Below are positions 9,821 through 17,874 of a stretch of 64,000 nucleotides of DNA, piece after piece. Location: the NCBI GenBank assembly GCA_023265515.1, contig JAHFSZ010000002.1:8358-72357 (forward strand). The letters run 5' to 3'. The notes under the pieces are model-generated. The model was not told the origin of the DNA. It searched no databases and saw only the letters and a list, made by a program, of their open reading frames with translations. This DNA is from Verrucomicrobiota bacterium (GTDB taxonomy: Bacteria > Verrucomicrobiota > Verrucomicrobiia > JABWAM01 > JAHFSZ01). Each line of letters opens with the position of its first letter. Position 1 is the first letter of the stretch. The position numbers were made by a program, and so were the translations under genes.

Positions 9821-10792
9821 ATGCCCAACAACACCACCTTCAAGGTCACCAAACACGTTACCGTCGAAGATTTTTATACGGCCCATGCCGAGGCGTTACA
9901 GTTGAAACTGATCGCGGGCGCCACCGGCCTGCACCGCAGAATCCGTGAAGGTTCGGTCAACCGTTTGGGCCTCGCCCTCAGCGGTTTTTTTACATACTTC
10001 GCGGAAAAAAGGGTCCAGATCATGGGCAGCGCCGAAACAAGCTATCTGCGTTCCCTGAGCAAACCGACCCTTCGCACCCGCGTGCGCGCCCTCTTCAGCA
10101 AGAAAATCCCATGCATCATTTTCGCCCGCAGCATCAACCCCCCCGCCCTGTTCATTGAAGAGGCGGAGGACCATCAGATTCCCATTTTCAAGTCGCCAAT
10201 GATCACGATGCGACTCGTCAACGCGGTGACGATCTACCTCGAATCCGATTTTGCGCCCCAGACCAACGAGCACGCCAGCATGGTCGACATCATGGGCATC
10301 GGTACTCTCATCCGCGGCAAGAGCGGCATTGGCAAAAGCGAGTGCGTCCTTTCCCTCGTGGAGTGCGGCTTCAGCATCGTTTCCGATGACATGACCCGGA
10401 TCCGCCTGCTGGAGGGACGGGAACTGATCGGCACTTGCCCGAACAAGGTGGCCGGCTACCACATGGAGGTCCGCGGTCTTGGGATCATCCACGTCGGGCA
10501 CATTTTCGGCGTGGGAAGCATCCGGGCCGAAAAGCGCGTTGATCTGGTCGTCACGCTGGTTGACTGGGCAGAGATCGAGGACAAGATCGACCGGCTTGGG
10601 ATGGATCAGAACACGACCGAAATCCTGGGCATCAAGGTGCCTCAGGTGATTATCCCCGTCCGGCCGGGGCGCGACATCGCCAAACTCGTCCAGGTCGCCG
10701 CCATGGACCAGAAGTTGAAGTTGATGGGTTACAACTCGGCGCTTGAATTCAACCAGCGTCTTATTCAAACCATGAAGCATAATCATCTGTAG
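9821..10792 (+). CDS. hprK: HPr kinase/phosphorylase
   Basis: Walker A GKSGIGKSE, VSDD, HMEVRGLGII and IPVRPGRD motifs. Confidence 0.95.
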   Translation: MPNNTTFKVTKHVTVEDFYTAHAEALQLKLIAGATGLHRRIREGSVNRLGLALSGFFTYFAEKRVQIMGSAETSYLRSLSKPTLRTRVRALFSKKIPCIIFARSINPPALFIEEAEDHQIPIFKSPMITMRLVNAVTIYLESDFAPQTNEHASMVDIMGIGTLIRGKSGIGKSECVLSLVECGFSIVSDDMTRIRLLEGRELIGTCPNKVAGYHMEVRGLGIIHVGHIFGVGSIRAEKRVDLVVTLVDWAEIEDKIDRLGMDQNTTEILGIKVPQVIIPVRPGRDIAKLVQVAAMDQKLKLMGYNSALEFNQRLIQTMKHNHL

Positions 10793-10800
10793 AAAATGCC

Positions 10801-11109
10801 ATGACCATCATGGGAAACAAACCGAACAAGAAAGCCGGAGATACGGTCATCCAGGACTGCATCATCGTCAACAAGCTTGGCCTGCACGCCCGTCCGGCCG
10901 CCCTTTTTGTGAAGACTTCCAATCGCTTTGAATCCGATATCACTGTCGAAAAAGACGGTGAGCAGGTCAATGGCAAGAGCATCATGGGCCTGATGATGCT
11001 GGCCGCTGGCTGCGGCTCCAAGGTCCGCATCAAAGCTACAGGAGCTGACGCGAAGGAAGCGATTGGCGAGATTGGAAAATTGATTACCCGCAAGTTTGAT
11101 GAGGAATAG
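10801..11109 (+). CDS. ptsH: phosphocarrier protein HPr
   Basis: GLHARPAA (phospho-His) and NGKSIMGLMMLAA (regulatory Ser). Confidence 0.95.
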   Translation: MTIMGNKPNKKAGDTVIQDCIIVNKLGLHARPAALFVKTSNRFESDITVEKDGEQVNGKSIMGLMMLAAGCGSKVRIKATGADAKEAIGEIGKLITRKFDEE

Positions 11110-11162
11110 TCCTCATTGGCCAAATGAGGCTATCCGGCCTGTTTTTCCTCCCCCTTCGCGAA

Positions 11163-11191
11163 TTGACTTTGACCCCACTTAAAACTAGCGT
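11163..11191 (+). promoter_or_regulatory. sigma70-type promoter, probably giving a leaderless fur mRNA
   Basis: TTGACT-17 bp-TAGCGT, ending 6 nt before the GTG start at 11198. Confidence 0.55.
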
Positions 11192-11197
11192 TTTAGT

Positions 11198-11677
11198 GTG
11201 GATCACGAGACCAAAGAACGGCTTGAAACCTTCCTCACCCAGAAGGGACTAAGGCGCACCGCCCAACGCGCGGCCATCCTGGAGGCGGCCTTCGGCACCA
11301 CCGAACATTTCACCGCCGAAACCCTGCTCACCATGGCTCGGGACCGGGATCCCTCCGTCTCGCGCGCCACCGTCTACCGGACGCTGGCACTTCTGACCGA
11401 GACCGGCCTGCTCAAGGAGTTGGACCTGGGCAAGGACTTCAAATTTTACGACCCCAACTATTCCAAGCACCCAAACCACCATCACATCATCTGCAACGAC
11501 TGTGACAAGATCGTGGAGTTCGAGAGCAAGGACATCGAGCAGCTCGAAAGCGAGATTTCCCACAAGCTCGGCTTCACCATCGGCTCCCAGAAGATCGAAA
11601 TCCGCGGCAACTGCGAGGACCTGAAGAAGAAGGGCGTTTGCTCCAATCAAACCGGTTGTGAGAAGAAGAAGACTTGA
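11198..11677 (+). CDS. Fur-family transcriptional regulator
   Basis: LRRTAQR, HFTAE, VSRATVYRTL and HHHIICNDC motifs. Confidence 0.93.
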   Translation: MDHETKERLETFLTQKGLRRTAQRAAILEAAFGTTEHFTAETLLTMARDRDPSVSRATVYRTLALLTETGLLKELDLGKDFKFYDPNYSKHPNHHHIICNDCDKIVEFESKDIEQLESEISHKLGFTIGSQKIEIRGNCEDLKKKGVCSNQTGCEKKKT

Positions 11678-11704
11678 CCGAATTCGACGCCTATCGGCGC
11701 AAGA

Positions 11705-12175
11705 TCAGGTGAAGATTTTGCCGACTTCTTCGATGTCTTCCGCGTCGAACTGAAAGCCTGCCTCCTTGGAACGGGCGCGAAGCTTCGCCAGCAACTGGGC
11801 AAGCTGGCTGGTGGCGTTGACCGTGTAGAAACGGACCAGACCGACGGTCGTTTGTTCACCGAAGATCGTGATGAGGATGTTATTTTCGTCGATCGAGGTC
11901 ATGAAGATGTGCGCGTCCTTACCCTGATGATAGAGGGCGCTGAACTCGATCTCACCGATCCGCCGGGCAAGCTCCTTGGTCGCCGCGAACGAACCCGCCG
12001 CCAGCGCCGCCAGGATGGTGGTATCGGCAATGTTAAAGTCTCCTTGCTGGGAAATCACGGTACCGCCTTTGTCGATGACAACGGCGAGGTTCGCCTCCGA
12101 CTTCTGGAGGAAATCATTAAGAATCGCATCCAGCTGCTGGACGTCTTCCACCGACAATATTGGGATGGTCTCCAT
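11705..12175 (-). CDS. mglB: MglB roadblock/LC7 GTPase-activating protein
   Basis: VIDKGG..I, LAALAAGSFAATKELARRIGE.EFSALYHQG, TTVGLVR; adjacent to mglA. Confidence 0.9.
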   Translation of the reverse strand: METIPILSVEDVQQLDAILNDFLQKSEANLAVVIDKGGTVISQQGDFNIADTTILAALAAGSFAATKELARRIGEIEFSALYHQGKDAHIFMTSIDENNILITIFGEQTTVGLVRFYTVNATSQLAQLLAKLRARSKEAGFQFDAEDIEEVGKIFT

Positions 12176-12187
12176 GTTGCCTTCCCT

Positions 12188-12832
12188 TTACCTGACGGTC
12201 GACATCAGCACCGTCGTCTTCGATCGTTTGTCCGGTGAGTAGCTTTCCTTCGTGAATTTGTAAAGCAAGAGGCGCGAGATTGCGTTGAGCGTTGAAAAAA
12301 CATTTTCGCCCGTGGTCGCGCAGCCTTCGAACGACTGAACCTTCACCTTCCGGTTGTTCAAAAGGTATTCAAGGTAGTTGACTGGCGCGACATTGGGCAT
12401 GTCTCTCTTGTTATACTGCAGCACGTAAGGAATCTCATCAAGATTTATGTTCATCTTGGCCAGGTTCTCCTCCATGTTGCGAAAACTTTCGACGTTCTCC
12501 TCCATCTTGTCCCACTGCGAATCGGCGACAAAGACAATGCCATCGACACTGCGAAGAACCAGCTGGCGGGTCGCGTTGTAAATCACCTGGCCAGGAACCG
12601 TGTAAAGCTGGAACTTGGTCTTGAAGCCCTTGATGACAACAGCGTGCAGTGGAAGAAAATCAAAAAAAAGCGTCCGGTCGGCGGCCGTCGCCAGCGACAC
12701 CATGTCGCCACGGTTGTCAGGGGCGACCTGCGAGTGGATGTAGGTTAGGTTGGTGGTCTTGCCGCCGAGCGCGGGCCCATAGTAGACGATCTTGAATTGA
12801 ATTTCTTTATTGGCGTAATTGATGATTGACAT
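12188..12832 (-). CDS. mglA: MglA Ras-like small GTPase
   Basis: KIVYYGPALGGKTTNL, RTLFFDFLP, LYTVPGQV, DGIVFVADSQ and NKRD: canonical MglA motifs with the catalytic Arg and Gln. Confidence 0.95.
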   Translation of the reverse strand: MSIINYANKEIQFKIVYYGPALGGKTTNLTYIHSQVAPDNRGDMVSLATAADRTLFFDFLPLHAVVIKGFKTKFQLYTVPGQVIYNATRQLVLRSVDGIVFVADSQWDKMEENVESFRNMEENLAKMNINLDEIPYVLQYNKRDMPNVAPVNYLEYLLNNRKVKVQSFEGCATTGENVFSTLNAISRLLLYKFTKESYSPDKRSKTTVLMSTVR

Positions 12833-12844
12833 AACTTTATCCGC

Positions 12845-14713
12845 TCATGCCGCGCTGAGATTCTGACGGCTCAGTTCTTCCGCCAAACGTTCGACTCGCT
12901 TGAAAAACCCGCGGTTGATCTTTTCGCCGGAATGCCATAACAGCAGAAACACACCTGGTGCCCGAAAGAAGCTCACGAGGCGTTTTTCCAAAAGGATGGT
13001 AACGCGCGAAACTTTACCAGCGCCGGCGGGCTCAATTCCACGTGCCAGATGCCGGAAAATCTGTGGGATAAACGCGCTGATCATCTGCTTATCGAATCCT
13101 TCGGGGGGTCTGCCTGCGAGCACAAGTCCATCCTCCGCCACCATCATCCCGGCGACAACTTCGAACTTGGCGATCGCGGTATCAATGATTTCCTGTACTT
13201 TTAAAGTACGCTGATCTGTCAAAGTCAGCAACCGATTAAGTGCACTGACGTTCACGGCCCCGGCGGGCTCGGGCATGCTGGACAGCCGCAGAAGGCTTTT
13301 CCGGCGGACGCCGACATCCTTCAGGTCCTGCAATGACAGGGTTTTCACGCGATCCCGCTGGTCGAGGATTTTCCGCGCGACTTGGAAGGACACGCCGTTC
13401 AATTCCGTGAATTCATGCGGGTGAAAGCGGTTCACCCGCTGCATCAGAACGGCTTCGTCAAAATTTTCGGCCGTTGGGCAGATTTCCAGGTCTTTTGGCT
13501 CCGGAGACCTTTGCTGCTCCGCGGGCACATCCGCGGCTTCCTCCGGTTTGATTTCGGCGGCCGCCGGTTGGGTCTTCGCAGTCGCCGCAACAGACGCCAC
13601 TCCCGCCCCCGACTTTTCTGTAAAGAGATTGGCAGGAATGCTCGAGTCATCCGGCAGCTTCACCTCCGGGGAGCCCTCAACCTTGATCATATCGGCGGGG
13701 ATTTGCGCAACGATCCGGTCCAGCGGCAGTACCACTTCGGCGGATTGGTTGACGGAATTGACCGCATTGACCATGTGCGCAGGGAAAAAAGGATGAAGCG
13801 CGGAATACTCAATCGCGATCCGGCCCGAGGCAAGCTTCGGCAACACAAGCTCGATCGGAAGCTCGATGACCTGTTCACCGGCCTCTTCGAGGCATTTCTG
13901 GCGCGGGATGGCGAGGAGATCTTCGGGCAGTCGCTTGAGAAGGCTTATCAGGAAAAGCCTCACACTGGTCACCGGGCCTGAAGGGGCTTCGAGCTGCTCC
14001 GCACCAGCAGGCGGTTCAACCTCAGCAGGAGAATCGACGCGCACGGAAAGTTTGGGCGGCTCAATCGGCGCCGGCACTCCCGCCTGCGGAGGCGGCTGGG
14101 GAATCTGCGGCTCAGGCCGTGGCGGTTCCAGGATTTTGATTTCAGCGGGTGTTCCACTCTTGCCTTCCGAAAACGGCGACTCGACAAAATTGGGATCGAT
14201 TTCCTGCCGGACCTGGCCCTCAACGATCAAAAGTTCCGGTGGAATACTCGCCACCACGTCCGGCAACGGCATTCGGATCGCTTCCTTTCTGTTGACGCCG
14301 GCCCGGGTGATCTCGCCACCGATTTGGTCCAGGATGAGCTCAAGCGGAACCGTAATCCGTCCGCTGGTGAGTTGCGGCAAAAGAACTCCCGCCTCGAAGG
14401 TGAATGTTTCAGGAATCTGCGCCACTGAGAGCTTGTTGGGATCGACCAGGTTACCGGGAAGGCTCTGGATGATCGGCGCCGCGGCAATTTGGATCGTCAC
14501 GCCGCTTGAACTTACGGCACTCCCCGGGGATCCCTGCGAAGCTGCGGAATCGCCGCCTGCAACATCCATTCCCTTGGGTCGGAAGACCTGCGTCTGGCTC
14601 ATTCGAAGCGCCTCGTGAGGATCGACCCCGGGCGGCAGAGGCTTCTTCTGCATCCCCGAAGGCCGGATGACCGGAATCGGCATCTTGGGTCGGGTTTTTG
14701 GAAAATCCGCCAT
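12845..14713 (-). CDS. multidomain protein: two internal repeats, Pro-rich linkers, ComEA-like HhH domain and C-terminal roadblock/LC7 domain
   Basis: Repeats LLPQLTSGRITV..MPLPDVVASIP and VLPKLASGRIAI..LPLDRIVAQIP; HhH VNRF..EFTELNGVS..VARKI..R..SLQDLKDVGV; roadblock GMMVAEDGLVLAG. Confidence 0.75.
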   Translation of the reverse strand: MADFPKTRPKMPIPVIRPSGMQKKPLPPGVDPHEALRMSQTQVFRPKGMDVAGGDSAASQGSPGSAVSSSGVTIQIAAAPIIQSLPGNLVDPNKLSVAQIPETFTFEAGVLLPQLTSGRITVPLELILDQIGGEITRAGVNRKEAIRMPLPDVVASIPPELLIVEGQVRQEIDPNFVESPFSEGKSGTPAEIKILEPPRPEPQIPQPPPQAGVPAPIEPPKLSVRVDSPAEVEPPAGAEQLEAPSGPVTSVRLFLISLLKRLPEDLLAIPRQKCLEEAGEQVIELPIELVLPKLASGRIAIEYSALHPFFPAHMVNAVNSVNQSAEVVLPLDRIVAQIPADMIKVEGSPEVKLPDDSSIPANLFTEKSGAGVASVAATAKTQPAAAEIKPEEAADVPAEQQRSPEPKDLEICPTAENFDEAVLMQRVNRFHPHEFTELNGVSFQVARKILDQRDRVKTLSLQDLKDVGVRRKSLLRLSSMPEPAGAVNVSALNRLLTLTDQRTLKVQEIIDTAIAKFEVVAGMMVAEDGLVLAGRPPEGFDKQMISAFIPQIFRHLARGIEPAGAGKVSRVTILLEKRLVSFFRAPGVFLLLWHSGEKINRGFFKRVERLAEELSRQNLSAA

Positions 14714-14725
14714 GACTCGACTCTT

Positions 14726-16429
14726 TTAGAGATCCACCATCGTGATTGCAAGAGCCTCTTCAAGCGTGCTGAGTCCCTGCCTGGCCTTGTCGATGGCGTT
14801 GCGCCTGAGTGTCTGCATCCCCTGCTGAAGCGCGACCGTTTTGATTTCATTGGCCGCCCTGCGCTGGATCACCAAGAGGCGGATCTCCTCCGTGATCGGG
14901 ATCAGCTCGAGCACGGCAAGGCGCCCGGAATAGCCTGTATTTTTGCAGTAATCGCAGCCATGGCCCTTGAAAAATTTGGTTGCCCTCGCCTCTTCCTGCG
15001 ACATTTCCAATTGCTCCATCAGCTTTTGCGGCACTTGGACGGGCTCCTTGCAGTGGCCGCAGATTCGCCGCATCAGGCGCTGTGCGCAAGAGAGCGTCAC
15101 ACTGGAGGCGACGAGGAACGGCTCGATTTGCATGTCGATGAGCCGCGTGATGGCGCCTGCCGCGTCGTTCGTATGCAGGGTGCTCAATACCTGGTGACCG
15201 GTGAGCGCCGCTTTGACGGCGATGTCCGCAGTCTCGTTGTCCCGGATCTCACCGATCATCACGATATCCGGATCCTGGCGAAGGATGGAACGCAGAGCAG
15301 CCGCGAAGTCGAAACCAATCTCAGGTTTTACCTGGACCTGGTTGATCCCGTTGAGCTGGTACTCGACCGGGTCCTCAACAGTGACAATGTTGTAGATCGG
15401 CTGATTGAGGTGGGCCAGCGCCGAATAAAGAGTCGTGGTCTTGCCCGATCCCGTGGGCCCGGTCACGAGCATCATTCCGTGAGGCGCCTCCAGCGCCTCC
15501 ATGAATTTTTTCAGGCTGTCCGAATCCATCCCGATCGAGTCGATGCTTGGCGCAAGCCCGCTCTTGTCGAGAAGACGAAGCACGACTTTTTCTCCATGGA
15601 TCGTTGGCAGGAACGAGGCGCGAAAATCGAATTCCTTGCCGGACATGCTGATGCGGATGCGGCCATCCTGAGGCAGACGACGTTCAGAGATGTTGAGTTT
15701 CGCCATGATCTTGAGGCGGGAAATGAGCGCATTTTGCATCGACTTGGGCGGCGGCGGATAGTCGTAGAGGCTGCCGTCGACGCGGTAGCGGAGCTTCAGA
15801 TACTTTTCATAGCATTCCATGTGGATGTCGCTTGCCTTGTCCTTCACCGAGGTGGCCAGCATCATATTGGCAATTTTGATGACCGGCGCCGCTTCGGGGT
15901 TCTCTTCGGAGACATCGGCTTTTTCATCCTCGGAGATCTCGATGCTTGTATCGTCGGCCTCCGCTTCGGCCAGGAGGTCCTGCATACCGGCGGCCGATGC
16001 CGCTTCCGCGATCGCCATGGCATCCTGAACCGCCTTTTCGGTCGAAATCATCGGAACAATTTCCATCCTGGTGATCTGTCTGAGTTCGTCGAGGGCCAGG
16101 ACATTGAGAGGATCGGCCATCGCCACGTAGAGCATGTTGCCGAGCCGCGCGATGGGGATCAGCTGGTGATTCTTGGCGATATCCTTGGGAACCAGATCGA
16201 GGAGTTCCTTTGAAATCTTCATCCGCGAAAGATTGACCGGCGGGGTGCCGAGGCAACGACCCATGCTGATCATCATGTCCTGTTCGGTGACGTATTTCTT
16301 GTCGAGAAGGAGTTTGAGAAGGCGTCCGCCCTGGGTCTTTTGGATTTCAAGAATCTCCTCGAGCTGTGAGCTCTCAAGGAGGCCATCCTCGATCAGGATA
16401 TCCGCAATTCTTTCACCGAATGGTTTCAT
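14726..16429 (-). CDS. pilB: PilB/GspE-family secretion/pilus assembly ATPase
   Basis: MshEN-like N-terminus, ASDIH, RLPQDGR, GPTGSGKTT, TVEDPVEY, RQDPDIVMIGEIRD, HQVLSTLHTND, zinc motifs CGHC/CDYC. Confidence 0.92.
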   Translation of the reverse strand: MKPFGERIADILIEDGLLESSQLEEILEIQKTQGGRLLKLLLDKKYVTEQDMMISMGRCLGTPPVNLSRMKISKELLDLVPKDIAKNHQLIPIARLGNMLYVAMADPLNVLALDELRQITRMEIVPMISTEKAVQDAMAIAEAASAAGMQDLLAEAEADDTSIEISEDEKADVSEENPEAAPVIKIANMMLATSVKDKASDIHMECYEKYLKLRYRVDGSLYDYPPPPKSMQNALISRLKIMAKLNISERRLPQDGRIRISMSGKEFDFRASFLPTIHGEKVVLRLLDKSGLAPSIDSIGMDSDSLKKFMEALEAPHGMMLVTGPTGSGKTTTLYSALAHLNQPIYNIVTVEDPVEYQLNGINQVQVKPEIGFDFAAALRSILRQDPDIVMIGEIRDNETADIAVKAALTGHQVLSTLHTNDAAGAITRLIDMQIEPFLVASSVTLSCAQRLMRRICGHCKEPVQVPQKLMEQLEMSQEEARATKFFKGHGCDYCKNTGYSGRLAVLELIPITEEIRLLVIQRRAANEIKTVALQQGMQTLRRNAIDKARQGLSTLEEALAITMVDL

Positions 16430-17259
16430 GACAGGAGCCGAAACACGTCTTGTATCTTGAGCCGCAGGTCATTGGGGTGCGTGATGTACCACTGGACGTG
16501 GCACTGGGCGGCCGACTCGATCTGATGCCTGGCGTGACGGTCCATTGGGTTGACCGTCGCGGCGAAAATGGTGCGGCTGATCTTATCGAACGGAAGAACC
16601 ATCCGCGAAACGCAAAGCGCAGGATCCACCAGCTCGGCCCGCCGCGCATCCACGTCGTACGTATCCATCGGCATGAACGGAATCTTGGCGGTCTGTGATA
16701 GAAAGAGCAGCGTGTTTTCAATGGCGGAGATGCCGCGGTCCGCCAGCACTTCGATGACGGTCGGCGCAGGGGTGTTGGGGTGCGATTCTGCAATTCTGGA
16801 GGCAAAATCGCTCAGGATTGAGGAGCGGTTTTTCTCCGGGAAAAGACCGTGCTGGATCATGAAATCGATCAGGATTTCGTTCGGATTTTCCTCCTCGACA
16901 GCCTGCGTATCCACCGGGGCAGGCGCGGGCGCGGGCTGAACTTCGCCTACGGCGGCGTAGCCGGGCATCTTGCTTTCAAGTTCGCCGAGAGCTGCCAGGG
17001 CCTCCCCATCATCCGGTGAGCGTTGCAGGACGCCTTCATACTCGAGGATCGCAGAGGAGATTTGTCCCAGGCGGACGTAAATTTTGGCGATCTTCTTCGA
17101 GGCTTCAATGGCGTCTTTTTCCCGACCGAGCTTGGTGTAGGCCTCCTTAAGGATTTCCATCGACTGATAGTCGTCCGGATCCGCCGCGGTGATCACTTCA
17201 AACATCTGCACCGTCTCAAGAAGCTTGGGGTCTTCCTGGATTTTTTTGTGGGAAGCCAT
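16426..17259 (-). CDS. TPR-repeat protein with C-terminal GspE/PilB N-terminal (T2SSE_N-like) domain
   Basis: TPR-like helices (EILKEAYTKLG; AKIYVRLGQISSAILEYEGVLQRSPDD) and C-terminal VLPFDK..IFAATVNPMD..IE, resembling the PilB N-domain next door; ATGA overlap with pilB; start uncertain. Confidence 0.7.
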   Translation of the reverse strand: MASHKKIQEDPKLLETVQMFEVITAADPDDYQSMEILKEAYTKLGREKDAIEASKKIAKIYVRLGQISSAILEYEGVLQRSPDDGEALAALGELESKMPGYAAVGEVQPAPAPAPVDTQAVEEENPNEILIDFMIQHGLFPEKNRSSILSDFASRIAESHPNTPAPTVIEVLADRGISAIENTLLFLSQTAKIPFMPMDTYDVDARRAELVDPALCVSRMVLPFDKISRTIFAATVNPMDRHARHQIESAAQCHVQWYITHPNDLRLKIQDVFRLLS

Positions 17260-17600
17260 GGAACCGACCTGGGAGCGCCTTGAGGCAACAGGCCGCCATG
17301 AAGTTCGCTCCGGCCGTTCCAATATGAGTTCATTTCAATCAATAGGCAAGGACAGTTTGAGCTTCCCGCCTGCGTAAGTCGTACAGAATCAACGAATAAG
17401 AAATTTGACTCATGGTGGCAGGTTTTTGGCAAAGCCCTGTTTTCGAGGTGCGAAAGCCGGGATCGATGAGGCCGCTTTCGTCATTCCCCCGCCCTGCCCG
17501 AATGCTCCGGAGGACATCCCGCCGAGGGCAACTCGCTCAAATCTGCATCCCCAAATAAGGGCCCCTTGGTTTCATCCAAGCAGGGGGGGCAAAAAGTTTC

Positions 17601-17629
17601 TTAACATCCCGGCGGAAGTCGATTAAGAT
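17601..17629 (+). promoter_or_regulatory. sigma70-type promoter, probably leaderless, for the small lipoprotein
   Basis: TTAACA-17 bp-TAAGAT, ending 6 nt before the ATG at 17636. Confidence 0.55.
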
Positions 17630-17635
17630 ACGAGC

Positions 17636-17782
17636 ATGAGATATCTCCTGATCTTCGTTCTCGCCGTTTCCGCACTCGGTTCGTTGACCGGTTGCGGCTA
17701 CAGCAAACTCTACAAGGATTACAACGACTATCAAGATCACGACGACGACAATACCATTCCCAAGAGCCGGCAGTCGCGTTAA
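17636..17782 (+). CDS. small lipoprotein, 48 aa (absent from the ORF track)
   Basis: MRYLLIFVLAVSALGSLTG|CGYSKLYKDYNDYQDHDDDNTIPKSRQSR*; signal peptide II with LTGC lipobox; has its own promoter. Confidence 0.7.
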   Translation: MRYLLIFVLAVSALGSLTGCGYSKLYKDYNDYQDHDDDNTIPKSRQSR

Positions 17783-17874
17783 AAGGCCGTCTCCCGCCTG
17801 CTTTGTTCGCTTCCTTCTGTCACCAACGCTCTCCTCCGTGGGGGCGTGACTCTTAACACGCTCATTTCTATGGT

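Noticed and set aside
17416..17430. Sigma54-like TGGCAG-N5-TGGC element
   Set aside because: It deviates from TGGCAC-N5-TTGC, lies ~200 bp from the next gene, and that gene already has a good sigma70-type promoter.
17783..17874. Possible SAM or cobalamin riboswitch upstream of metH
   Set aside because: Only ~90 bp is available and I see no SAM-I or B12-box core motifs.
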